In this document: piece by piece, positions 39,528 through 49,993 of the stretch
How positions within the stretch are numbered: the first letter of the stretch is position 1
How the letters are laid out: each line of letters begins with the position of its first letter
Assembly (NCBI GenBank): GCA_008632985.1
Contig: QPGO01000020.1
Span: forward strand, 372,001 to 436,000
Direction of reading: 5' to 3'
Length of the DNA stretch: 64,000 nucleotides
Source of the DNA: Psammoneis japonica
Taxonomy: Eukaryota
Program-made: the position numbers and the translations under genes
The notes under the pieces: generated by a model
Seen by the model: only the letters and a program-made list of their open reading frames with translations
The model's database searches: none
Told to the model about the DNA's origin: nothing

Positions 39528-41486
39528 ATGGCTCCACCAACTAAAACCATGGCGTCTTCCGACCCCACAAAGCCTGCTCTTCCGTCCATTGCAGAGATCT
39601 GCCACGAATTCGAGGCACATGCAACGACACCACATCTGCACAATTGCCTGGGTGCGATTTGTGCGGACTCCGTGACTGATCTTGACCCTTTTTTTGATGA
39701 CCCAGAGCATGCGCAACCCAAGAAAGATTTCACGGACATGCTCCGTGATTGCTTCATCCACGAAGCGTTTCCACCCCACACAGCTGATCCTGCAGATGTA
39801 CAATCAATCAAGACGATCATGGATCAAGCCCCGCTCCGACTTGTTGACTCTCAAAGAATTCGTCCAGTCTGTTTGACGACTCCGATCTCATCAAAGCTGA
39901 TCAAGACGAATCTCCTGAACAATGAGCAATCTCTGTTTGTTCTCATCTCCACCCAACACACATGTGTTGATCCGGACATGACATGGAACTGTCGCAATTG
40001 GAACGGATTCTCTCTTGCACCCTGCCAGAAGAAACAGCAACCTCCATCTTCTTCTCAGAAAACTGCAGGACCTGCTACATTGACTGTGGGTGACTTGGTC
40101 AATGCACTCAATGCATGCACGTCGAGCCACGCTCCGCCTTCTGCAGCTTCTGCCAAGACATCTGGAAGCACTGCATCTTCCGTAACATCGAAGCACCTCT
40201 TCAATCCGAACACACCACCTCCAGATGTTCGTGCATGCTACGACCGCAAAGAAGACGGAAAAGTCACTCTTCAGAGCTCTCTCGTCCCTCACGACCATGG
40301 ATTCCGTCACTGTGTTGATGCATCCGATCGCATCATCCTTGACGATGGTGCCCTTTTCATCATGAGCTCGACTCCTGACCAGAAAATGTTGTTCAGGGAA
40401 CCTCCTGCATGTCATGACGATTCTCCCCCTGGGACACGAGCATGGCACCAAAATTTCCAACATCATGCCTTTGATTCAGGACACCACACACATCCACTGT
40501 GGTGTTTTGCCAAGGACCACGGTGGTGAGAAGGGTTTCGAGATCGGAAACGGCAAGGATGATGACTTGCCTCGACGCATGCACATCCACTGCAAGGAAGC
40601 TCAGAGCTCTCTCCACAAAATCCTGTCCAAGTCAGATGTGTTCCCCAAGAACAGCAAACATCATCGGATTGTTGCATCATGCTGCGGCAACGGATGCAAG
40701 GCTCTCAAGCAGATTGTCTGCGAGAATCATCCTGCTTTCGACCACGATGCTGCTGGACTGGTTGATTCCTGTCCCATCCAAGGCAACCGATCATTGACGG
40801 ACCACCACATGATCTTCAATGATTTCCTGCAGCTGCGTGCCTGCATTTTTGATGCAGACTCTATGTTGAATGATCCACGGGAGATGACCATCTTTGTCAA
40901 GAATGCCAAGCACTCCAAGTTCTTATCTCGTGCCACCAGAGATGAACGGAAGTCTCCAGCTGTGCAGAAGAAGTGCGCGGATGCACAGATTGTCGAGACT
41001 CTCTCTGATTTCCTCCGCCAACCGGATGGTCCATCCCTTGCCACTCATGCAACGCAATCCAACCCCTGCCGCACATGGAATCAAGCAGCTGCTGACACGC
41101 GTGCTGATGCGCGACGCACACCTGTCAATGTCAACGCTCTCCAGATCCCTGAGATGCCCCTTCATGAACCAGTTGACGACTCTCCCGCTGAAGACACTGG
41201 TGTGGAGTCTCCACCTCCAGATGCCTTTGACACTTTTTGCAACGAATTGCACGAACTCGAGCTCCCTTCTACGGATGAAGATCCACTTCTTCACCATGCA
41301 CACTCGGCTTCAGTTTATAAACTGAAAGTCACTCCAAATGAAGCCTCCAAGAAACCATGTCTTGTCTGCTCCAGAGAGCATTCATTTGATGACTGTCCGG
41401 TCCTGAAGAACAACCCGTACATCAAGGGATTCCACATCCGTTTTTTGTCAATTCTTAAAGCGGGAAGCAGCTGTGCATGCTTCTGA
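39528..41486 (+). pseudogene. Copia gag-like ORF
   Basis: 652-aa ORF after the PBS ending with a zinc knuckle CLVCSREHSFDDC; only 3 Tyr. Confidence 0.8.
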
Positions 41487-41594
41487 GTTCCAAGGACCCC
41501 AAGGGTTGCTCCCACCCCATCATGAAAACCCTGAAAATCCACCTCAGTCCAGTGCTCCGCCCTCGGATTTTCAATTGGGCCGCTGCAGCTAGTT

Positions 41595-44500
41595 TTGGAT
41601 CTCCGACGCTGCCCGTTGTCTCCTCACCAAGACAAGACTAATGTCAGCGGGATGACCTTGAAAGAGGGACCAACCGTCTCGTCATCCACTGCTGAAATGC
41701 CTCTTTCCTCACAGATTGATGTGGACACCACCCCTTCCACCTCCACGAAGATGTCATTTGACACTGGCAAGTTGCCAGATGATGACCCTGCTCCTCAAGA
41801 AGCCACCGTCGATGATGCTCATGCTCTGGACCCTTTGGAACAGGGGAGGGAAGACCCAGAAACACCGGATTTTGAGGAATGTGTTGACCTCACCTACAAT
41901 GATGTGGCCATTGAAGACGGTTTTGCTGCCATCAATTCTGTTCGTGTTGCTCCAATCGATCCATGCCAAGCAAGTCACTCTCCTGAGCCGGAACTGCTGC
42001 GCTCCACTTGTTCTGTCAATGGGGTAAATTTTGCTCTGAATGAACGTTGTGCTCAGTTGGATGCTGGTGCTGACATTGCGTGTGCAGGTGACCGTGACCT
42101 CCTCCACCGGTGCCAAGACTTCACTCCGTCCCATCCCTGTCCCCTTGCCATCAATCCGGCCCTTGGCCACCAAGCTGTCCCAGTTGGATTCGGGCATCTT
42201 CGCATCCCTGCAGAGAACTCTGACGGCCATGTTGAGGTCCGTGCATGCTGCCACCCACAGATCCAATCTACGTTGGTCGATGAGCGACTCCTCCTTTGTC
42301 AAAATGGTTCTCGTTGTGCAGATTGCAATGTAGATTGCATCCTCAAGTTCCATGATCTCGGTGCCTGCAAGTTTGTTGCATGACACCGATTGCGCAAGAA
42401 TCAGGACATCATCATCCATGGGAAATTGATCAATGGCAAATGCTTTGCTCACCCTCTCATCCTCCCGGAATCTAACGATGAATTGGATGCATCTGTTGAG
42501 CGCCTCAAGACCAGCGACCCTTCCTTTGCCGATGAGTGTGAAGCAGTCTCTGCACACATGATTGAAACATGTTGCACCCACCAACATGATGCTCTTCGTG
42601 CTGAATGCAAGTTGATCCCCAGTGTGTGTCAGGACATTCCTTTTGAAAAGCATGCAGAGAAGAACATTCCTGTGCAATCTCTCAAGGCCGACACGGAATG
42701 CCTTTTGTGGCATCAGCAACTTGATCATCCGAGTGATCACTGCCTTTGTCATGCCCATGAACACGTTGACGGCATCCCCAAGTTTGCCCACGGAACTTCT
42801 CCTCTCGACACTTGTCCTGCATGCATGCGAGCAAAGCAGACGAAGGAACCTGCCGGTCCAAACACTGCTCTTGCTGCCACCCAACCACACCAAGGCCTCA
42901 CGGTTGATTTTTCTTTCTCTGGCCTGTGGTCCAAGAACTCGGAGCGCACCAAAGACTGTGTTGGGTTGAATGGCGAGACTTGTTGGATCACTGTCTACGA
43001 TCATAAAATGAAGTGTCTCCATGGTGCGACCCGGGTCTCCAAGGCAACCCCTCTGAATTGGCTTTGCCACTTTCTGGAAGAGCACTCGCCAAAATGTCCA
43101 GACAAACATGCATTTGTGGATCAAGGAGGTGAATTGCATCAAAACCCAGAAGTTCGGCGACTTTTCGAGGATGACTTTCATCATGCAATTCATCCTGCGG
43201 GAAAAGATGCTTCAAATCAGAGTGGCCCAGTGGAACGCAGTCATTTGAGTGTTGCCAATGCCATCCGGGCCATGCCAATCGGTGCCGATTTGCCCACAAA
43301 ATTCTGGCCCTGTGCTTTTCATCATTTCATTCGAATCAACAACGCTGCACCATCCCGCGGACAAACTGCTGCTCCGATTGCTCTTGCTGTTGCTCTTGCT
43401 GCTGGTCGGAAGGATGATTTCAAGAACTTTCGCATGTTTGGTTGTCCAGTGTGGGCACGTGCGTCGAATCACCGCCCAGCAAAATTTCGGTCTGTCTCTC
43501 GCAAGGGTGCATTCTCAGGCTGTCTTCCGGACACTGCCAAGAACATGCTTTGGTGTGACACTGAGACATTGCATGTCAAGCTTGCCAAGCACATCCGATG
43601 TGATGAGGGCATGAATGATCTGCCCCACGACTCTCTTCCACCGAATGTGGTTCACTTGGAACGTGCTCAAGATGGCAAGGCTTTGCCCGCCAAGACTGAA
43701 GAATCTACGATGGACAAGCTCCACTTTCATGGGAATCCTTTTGCCAAGACCATTGCATGTGCAATGAAGGGGCCATTTGCTGATCCGACGTTTGGACTTT
43801 CCTTGGCTACGGATGATCTCTGTTGGCGAGTGTTTGTCTCTGATGTCAAGTGTGGTTCTCCTGCTGCGCATCTTTTCTCTTCTTTGAAGGCCAACCGCAA
43901 CAAGATCAAGGGTGCGTGTGTTGCATCGATCGATGATCATCCCATCTTCACGGCAGAGGAGGCTGTCAAACGTTTTCAACAAGTCTGTGATTCAGGCAAG
44001 ACTCACTTTGAAATCGAATTCGTGCCGGAACGTCGACTGGACTCCCAGGCTCTACAACGTGCTCTGATGGAACATGATGTCTGTGCACCAACTCCTGACC
44101 CTGATGATGAGCATGTCCCAGAAATTGCCGCTGCTGACATGCGTGCCATTGCTGCCATTCGTCACCCTGACATTGATTTTTCTGACATGGATGATGATGA
44201 CGTCCCTCTGCCGATCTGTGTCGACTGCGACAATGGTGTGGTCAACATTTGCACTGTTTCATCTCACGCGATTGCTCCGGAGGAACAAGCGTTGGGTGCT
44301 TTCACACGCCATCATCTCAAGAAATTGGACACCTGGCCCGAATGGCATGCGGGTGAATTCAAACAACTTGACCAATTTCATGAGTTGGGGATGTTTGGTG
44401 CACAATTAAACGTCCGAAGGATGCCACAGTCCTTCATCTGCATTGGCAATGTGATCTCAAACATGATGGTGCGCGACGATCTCGACAATGCTGCGATGGA

Positions 44501-46020
44501 TCTCCACGTGCTGCATCGATTCTCCACCGTCTTCACTCGACCCACTCCTCTTGTGTGGAGCAACCCATCCAACGCATGTTTTTTGCCCTTGCTGTGACTG
44601 TGAGCTGCCCTGCATTTGGCGGTGATGCTCGTGATGCACATGCACACTCCCCGCGACCATCACACCCCGTCTGTGTTGCCATCGACGAAGCATGCGCGAC
44701 TTGGTGCAAGGCTCGGTTTGGCATTGATTTGGACAGGACTGTGGCACTTCCGATGCAACATGCACTTCAGGGACACCCAGAAGCCGGTGTGCTCTGGGAG
44801 ACGCACATCACGGCATTTCATCCAATGTGAATCTACTTTTTTGCAATGCCACTCATGACAAATGCATCCATTCTGCTGCTTTTGAGGGACACAAGATCTT
44901 GCTCCTCCGTCAGGTTGATGACTTCTCCCTTCCGTGTCCTGAAGAGTCCCTTGCGATCAAGATGTGTGACAAGATTGGCGAAGCTCTTCAATTGGAGTTG
45001 GAAACTTCTCCGCCTTTCAAGTGTCTTGGTGTGATTGAAGAGTTCAATGGTGTGGACATTCATCAACATGATGATTCCATTGGTGTTGCTGTTCACAGCT
45101 GTGTTGATCGGGTTTGTGCTTCGCATGGATGGTCGACACTGACAGACGAAGAACTCGACGATGACTGCAAGGCTGCACCAATTCCGGTTGACTCCATTCA
45201 TGAACTGCACACTGCTGTTGGTCCAGCTGAAGGAACCCCGGAACATGCGGAGTTGCAACAGGCTGCTGGTTTTGGACACCGCACCCTCCTTGGTGAATTG
45301 TTGCACGCGCATGTTGTCTGTCGATTGGACACTGGCTGTGCTGTCACTGCTCTCTCCAAGTTCTCACCTGTCCTGCTTTGGTTCACTGTGATGCACTCAA
45401 GGGAGCATGCAAGCACCTTCGATGCACCAAGCATTGGGAATTGAGTTGCAAGAAGCCCACCTGAGACTCAAGACCACCCGCCTGCCCCTTCGACCGTCTC
45501 ACTCTGGACCCGACCCCACCTTCGTTCCCTTTCCCGGAATGTGATCATCAACTTGTTGCTTTTTTGGATGCTGCACATGGTGATGACCTCCGCAACCGTC
45601 GCTCTACGACTGGCTGTGCTTGCATGTCAGCTGGCGCTGCGACATCCTTTCGATGCAAGACCCAATCGGCGACTGCTGCGAGTTCTGCGGAAGCTGAATT
45701 CCACGCTGCTGGCACTGCTGCTGGCTGCCAAGCATGTCCTTCACCTTCGTCACATCCTACATGACCCAGGCTTCCCTCAGATGAAGGCACCCCGCCATGC
45801 ATTGACAACGAATTGGCGATCAAGATCATCAATCACTCGATCCTGACTGAGCAATCCCGTCATGTTGAGATCCAGTTTTTTGCGATCCAAGAATGGAAGG
45901 AAGCAGGCAAGATTGTCACAAGACATGTTCCTGGCATTGTCAACCCTGGGATGACCTCACCAAGGCCCTTGGCTGGGTGCCACACGCTCGCCACGCTCGA
46001 TGCATGATGGGACACTGCTG
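41595..46020 (+). pseudogene. Copia pol (protease, integrase, RT, RNase H), disrupted
   Basis: Protease QLDAGA; GAG-pre-integrase LWHQQLDHPS..CPAC; integrase VDQGGEL, QSGPVERSH, FWPCAFHH; RT ALQGHPEAG..W, LLRQVDDF; RNase H DAAH..RRSTTG, SSAEAEF, RHVEIQFFAIQEW. Contains stops and frameshifts. Confidence 0.9.
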
Positions 46021-46056
46021 TTGACATTTTTTTTCGCGGTGGCATGGACACTTGTC

Positions 46057-46317
46057 GGCCTGTTCCAGCTCCAGGTGCTCCGCGCGGGTTCGATTCCCAT
46101 CATTTGGAAAATTTGTGCATTCGGCGCAATTGACTTTTTCCAAATCCGTTTTTTGCCAAATCGAAGGGTGAGTGTACACTTTGCATGCATTTTCGGGTGT
46201 ACACTCACCTTTCGATTTTCGAAACGATCAAAATTGAAGGAGTTAATTGCGCTAAACTGCGCAGAAAATCGGCCTCTCGCGTGATGAAAAGCAGAGCACC
46301 TGGAGCTGGAACAGGCC
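46057..46317. mobile_element. Foldback MITE (261 bp) inserted in the copia 3' region
   Basis: Perfect 24-bp TIR GGCCTGTTCCAGCTCCAGGTGCTC (46057-46080 and 46294-46317), nested internal inverted repeats, flanks TGTC and CATC. Confidence 0.85.
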
Positions 46318-46411
46318 CATCGTGTCCCATGTCTGGTCTCTCTGTTTCCCCACATCATCCCTGTTCTTTGGTTTGATCTGTCCCATTTTCTATGTTGGGA
46401 CATTGCAGATC

Positions 46412-46420
46412 AGGGGAGGG
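46412..46420 (+). promoter_or_regulatory. Polypurine tract
   Basis: AGGGGAGGG immediately before the 3' LTR start TGTCAG. Confidence 0.85.
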
Positions 46421-46616
46421 TGTCAGCCCACTCATCTGCATGTCGCATGATGGACAGACTGGATGCGGATGATGGCTGGACCATTTGGATGGACGAGCAG
46501 ATCTCTCTGAGATCTGCTTCTCACTTTCTCATCTGCTGGCACTCGTGTCATCACAGTCCTGGCACTTTGGGGAGTCTTTCACACCTCTGTCATTATTGAC
46601 CTTCGGCATTCTGTCA
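46421..46616 (+). repeat. 3' LTR (196 bp)
   Basis: TG...CA termini; direct repeat of 39152-39347; followed by the TSD TGACA. Confidence 0.95.
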
Positions 46617-48850
46617 TGACAAGGTGCAGTCTGCACCATTTGCTGAGGTGCCAGTGGAAAAAAAGAGCTGGGATTGACACGTTGGCGCAGCTTCACAAAG
46701 CATGCCACAAAAATGCCACCGTGCAGTGCCTATGTCACAGCCATCGTTTCCACCAAAGAGTTTGTTGGCAGCTCTTGAGTCCATGCACAACAAGCTTGTC
46801 TCAGCTGGGGCATCTCCTGTGCACATTTTTGATGGGGCAAGGCATCCAATGAAGAGCGCAGAAAAGGGCCACTCGAAACAACAAGATGGTGAAAGCAGAG
46901 TCATGGCTGGATGAGTGCACAAAGAAAGGCAAAGCAGGTGATGTGATTCTGAGGTTGACCAACACCAACCATTGCAAAGAGCAAGAGATTTGTCCAATCC
47001 TTTGCCTGACATTGTTGCTCATGTGGTCAAAGAATGGATGGCTTGCAATGGAGTCCAACGTGAATGCGCTCTGCATGAGGCCTAGCAGCACCAACTCATC
47101 AAAATGGAGGCAGACAATCGTGCTGATGGTGTCATGATGAAGGACAGTGATGCCGTCATTCTGGGAGCTGAGGTTGTTTGTTTGAAGGTTGGCATGAGGT
47201 GCGGCACATGAAAACACACATGCATGCACTGCTTGCCCTCCAAAAATCTGCCAGGGCCAGAGCACAAGAATTTGCTTGAGCTGAGGCTTGATCCTGATTT
47301 GAGCATGCTGTCTGCAGTTTTTGAATCATGTTGAACTGGGTGCAAGACTCAGAATGGTGCCCCGGAGAGGTGGATGCCAAGACGATCTGCACAGCTCCCT
47401 CATGGCCACAGTGATTGTTGCAGGCTGGTGACGGGCCTGGATCAAGGTGGGACCCAACAGTCCCAACCGCTCTGACAACGCCAACCCTCTCACAACTTTT
47501 GACATGTTCCCCTCCACACCAGTCATTTCCTGGCTCCAAAAAGCTCCAGGGTAACTCGCAAATGCACACCAGGGCAACCTCGCCCCAAAGAGAGGATGGA
47601 AGGGGTTCCCGTTGACACAGATTGTCAAACACACAAAAATCACACTCAAAAGCCACCATCAGATGATCTCTGGTGCATGCCCAAACAAACTTGTTTTTGT
47701 CTTGGGGCTTGCAATGCCAAGTGTTGTCCTCCACCCCAGCTCCATCCTCCACAAGGTCAGAGTCATTGCAGCTTGATTGCTTGTCCCAGGTGAAACAATG
47801 TGCTTTCTTTCAAAGCACAGCAGCCTGGACACCACACTTGCCAGCATGCCGGCCAAACCCCAACACTGTGAACAAAATTTGTGCAGAAGATCCCTTTCGT
47901 CCAAATGAGGGTCCTTCCACAGCACTCGGCACAAGGAACGGTCCATTGCACACATTTTTGGGGCACCTCAGAGCTGCCAAGGGCTGTGAGCAAAAAAGTG
48001 AAACAGAGGCCGACCAGCAAAGGTTTGCACATGTCTTCTGGCCACAAGGTTCCGCCCCCTGAGTGGCATTGAGAACATGAGATCCGCAGCCTTGCAGAGC
48101 TGCTTCTGCCATTCAGGGGTCATCAGTCAAGGGCAAATGAGAAAATGTGGAAGGATTTCTGCACCTCTGTCCTGGCAACCCTGAGCTCCTCCAATGCCGC
48201 GCATGCTGCGGCTGGTGGTGGGGCCCACACCCAACTCCCAGATTTGAACCAAGGCATCTCTGCAGCTTTGCAGGCTGGACAATCCCAGCCGGCAATGTCA
48301 CGCCCCTTTTGAAACCATTCAAACGGGGTCAGTGGCTCCGGAGCAGGAAAACCCACCCAGGACCACACCCAATCAAAAAGTGCTGGAGTCCGGGAAGTGA
48401 CTCACAAGTGAGGTGGAACAAAAGACAACATTTTTGCTCCACTCATGACACCTTCTGACAGCCCTCCTTGGGACACTGCACGTCCGTCCCTTGAGCAATC
48501 ATCCAAAACCCACAGACATGAACCAGGTGAAAGATGAAGCCAAACTTTGCTTCCAGCACCCAAAGGCGAATGACCTGCTCGAGGAGCATGGGGCCAAACA
48601 AAGTGCCTTTGTGGGCAGCCAACTTGGACATCAAGTTGTCAGTGAAAAAGCAAAGCTTGGCTCCCATGTGCTTGCCTCCTGCTTCTCTGAATTCTTCAAC
48701 AGTGTCCACAGTGTTTGAGAGCTCCTTCCAGTTTGAGGAGTTTTCCAAGTCATCCTCACCCCACACACTGATGCAACAGATGATGGTGTTGTCCTGGGTT
48801 TCAAGCAAGGCACCCAAATCCTTTCCGGAGGCATCACTGAAAAAAGGCCA

Positions 48851-49249
48851 GATGCGCTCCAGCTCTGGGTGGGACCTCGCACCACTGCACTGTGACATCA
48901 GAGTTTTTTGGATCGCATCGCATGTCGCGCGCGCACATTTCTGCGTGTGACATTCTACAAAATTGTTTCATGCTCCCCATTTTGCGAAGCCAAAGGCTTT
49001 TTGTTTTCAACATTTGTGAGAATGAAAATGCACTGGGCACATTCTACAATGTCTGTAGAATGTGCCCGGGCAAACTGTCAATTGTGCACACTTCAAGTGT
49101 GAAGGAGGAGATGCGTTCCCAAGATTGCCTCTTTTTCTGTTGGCGATCATTTGTGTTTTTGTTGCCTGACAAATTTGCTGCGGAGCTTGCACGTAGAATT
49201 CTGTAGGCCCAATGTCACACGGAGTCCCACTGGGACTGGAGCCCCCATC
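48851..49249 (+). mobile_element. 399-bp MITE, copy A
   Basis: 4-bp TSD GCCA (48847-48850 and 49250-49253); imperfect TIRs; inverted homolog of 49595-49993. Confidence 0.8.
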
Positions 49250-49594
49250 GCCACCACAATCTTTGACGAGCGGACAACAACAGATGTCGGGACATCGGGT
49301 TCAAGCATTCAGGCCATTGTGCGGAGGTCCAAAAGCAAGCAAGGAACCCCCGAACCTTGGAAGGAGGGCACAGGCCCATCAGCCCCTCTGCTGGTTCCAC
49401 AGGGTCGACTCCCCATTTTTCCGAGATGCGGTGAATCCAACTGGAAAACTCCTTGGCAGACATTGCCCATCCATCCTCCTTCCAATTTGGGTGCCAAAAA
49501 TCCAACGTGAGGTGTGTCCCCTTCAAGAATGGGGCAAGGAAGCCACGTGTCATTGCGAGATGAACAAGAAAGCCTTGTTTTTGCTCCAAATCCT

Positions 49595-49993
49595 GACGGT
49601 TCCAGTCCTCTAGCAGGTGGGACTCGTGACATTGGGCCCGCAGAATTCTGCGTGCGAGCTCTGCAGTAAATTTGTTAAGCAATGAAAATGTGAATGATCA
49701 CCAACAGAAAAAGAGGCAATTTTACGAACGCATCTCCTCCTTCACACTTGCAGCACATCATCAACAGTTTGCCCGGGTGTGTTCTACAGACATTAAAGAA
49801 TGTGCCCAGAGCATTTTCATTCTCACAAATGATGAAAATAGAAAGCCTTTGGCTTCGCAAAATGGGGAGCATGAAACAATTTCGTAGAATATCACACGTA
49901 GAAATCTACGTGCGCGACATGCCACGCGATCCAAAAAACTCTTGATGTCACAGTGCAGCAGTCACGAGGTCCCACCCAGAGCTGGAACGCGTC
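49595..49993 (-). mobile_element. 399-bp MITE, copy B
   Basis: TIR GACG(C)GTTCCAG and 4-bp TSD TCCT (49591-49594 and 49994-49997). Excision restores the host reading frame DHKDLEQKQGFLVH. Confidence 0.87.

Larger units (their letters stand above)
39152..46616 (+). mobile_element. Full-length Ty1/copia LTR retrotransposon (CoDi-like), hypermutated
   Basis: Two 196-bp LTRs, 5-bp TSD TGACA (39147-39151 and 46617-46621), PBS, PPT, and gag-PR-INT-RT-RH domain order. Confidence 0.95.
39106..47200 (+). pseudogene. EXO1/XPG-family (PIN-fold) nuclease ORF, interrupted by the copia insertion (pieces 39106-39151 and 46622-~47200)
   Basis: Removing the copia and one TSD gives (M)AIGNLWVKALGNIDK..AGIDTLAQLHKAC..LVSAGASPVHIFDGARHPMK..ALHEA.HQL..ME....DGVMMKDSDAVILGAEVV. 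This matches XPG-N (MGI.GL, GID, VFDG..P.K) and XPG-I (APYEADAQL, EDSD) motifs. Confidence 0.75.

Noticed and set aside
39528..46020. Alternative genetic code or Tyr-codon reassignment to explain the Tyr-free TE proteins
   Set aside because: Flanking host genes use Tyr and TAA/TAG normally, and non-coding LTR, PBS and codon-boundary TA sites are altered as well.
46081..46100. tRNA gene suggested by GGTTCGATTCCC
   Set aside because: No cloverleaf, D-arm or acceptor stem is visible; the motif lies inside a TIR-bounded element.
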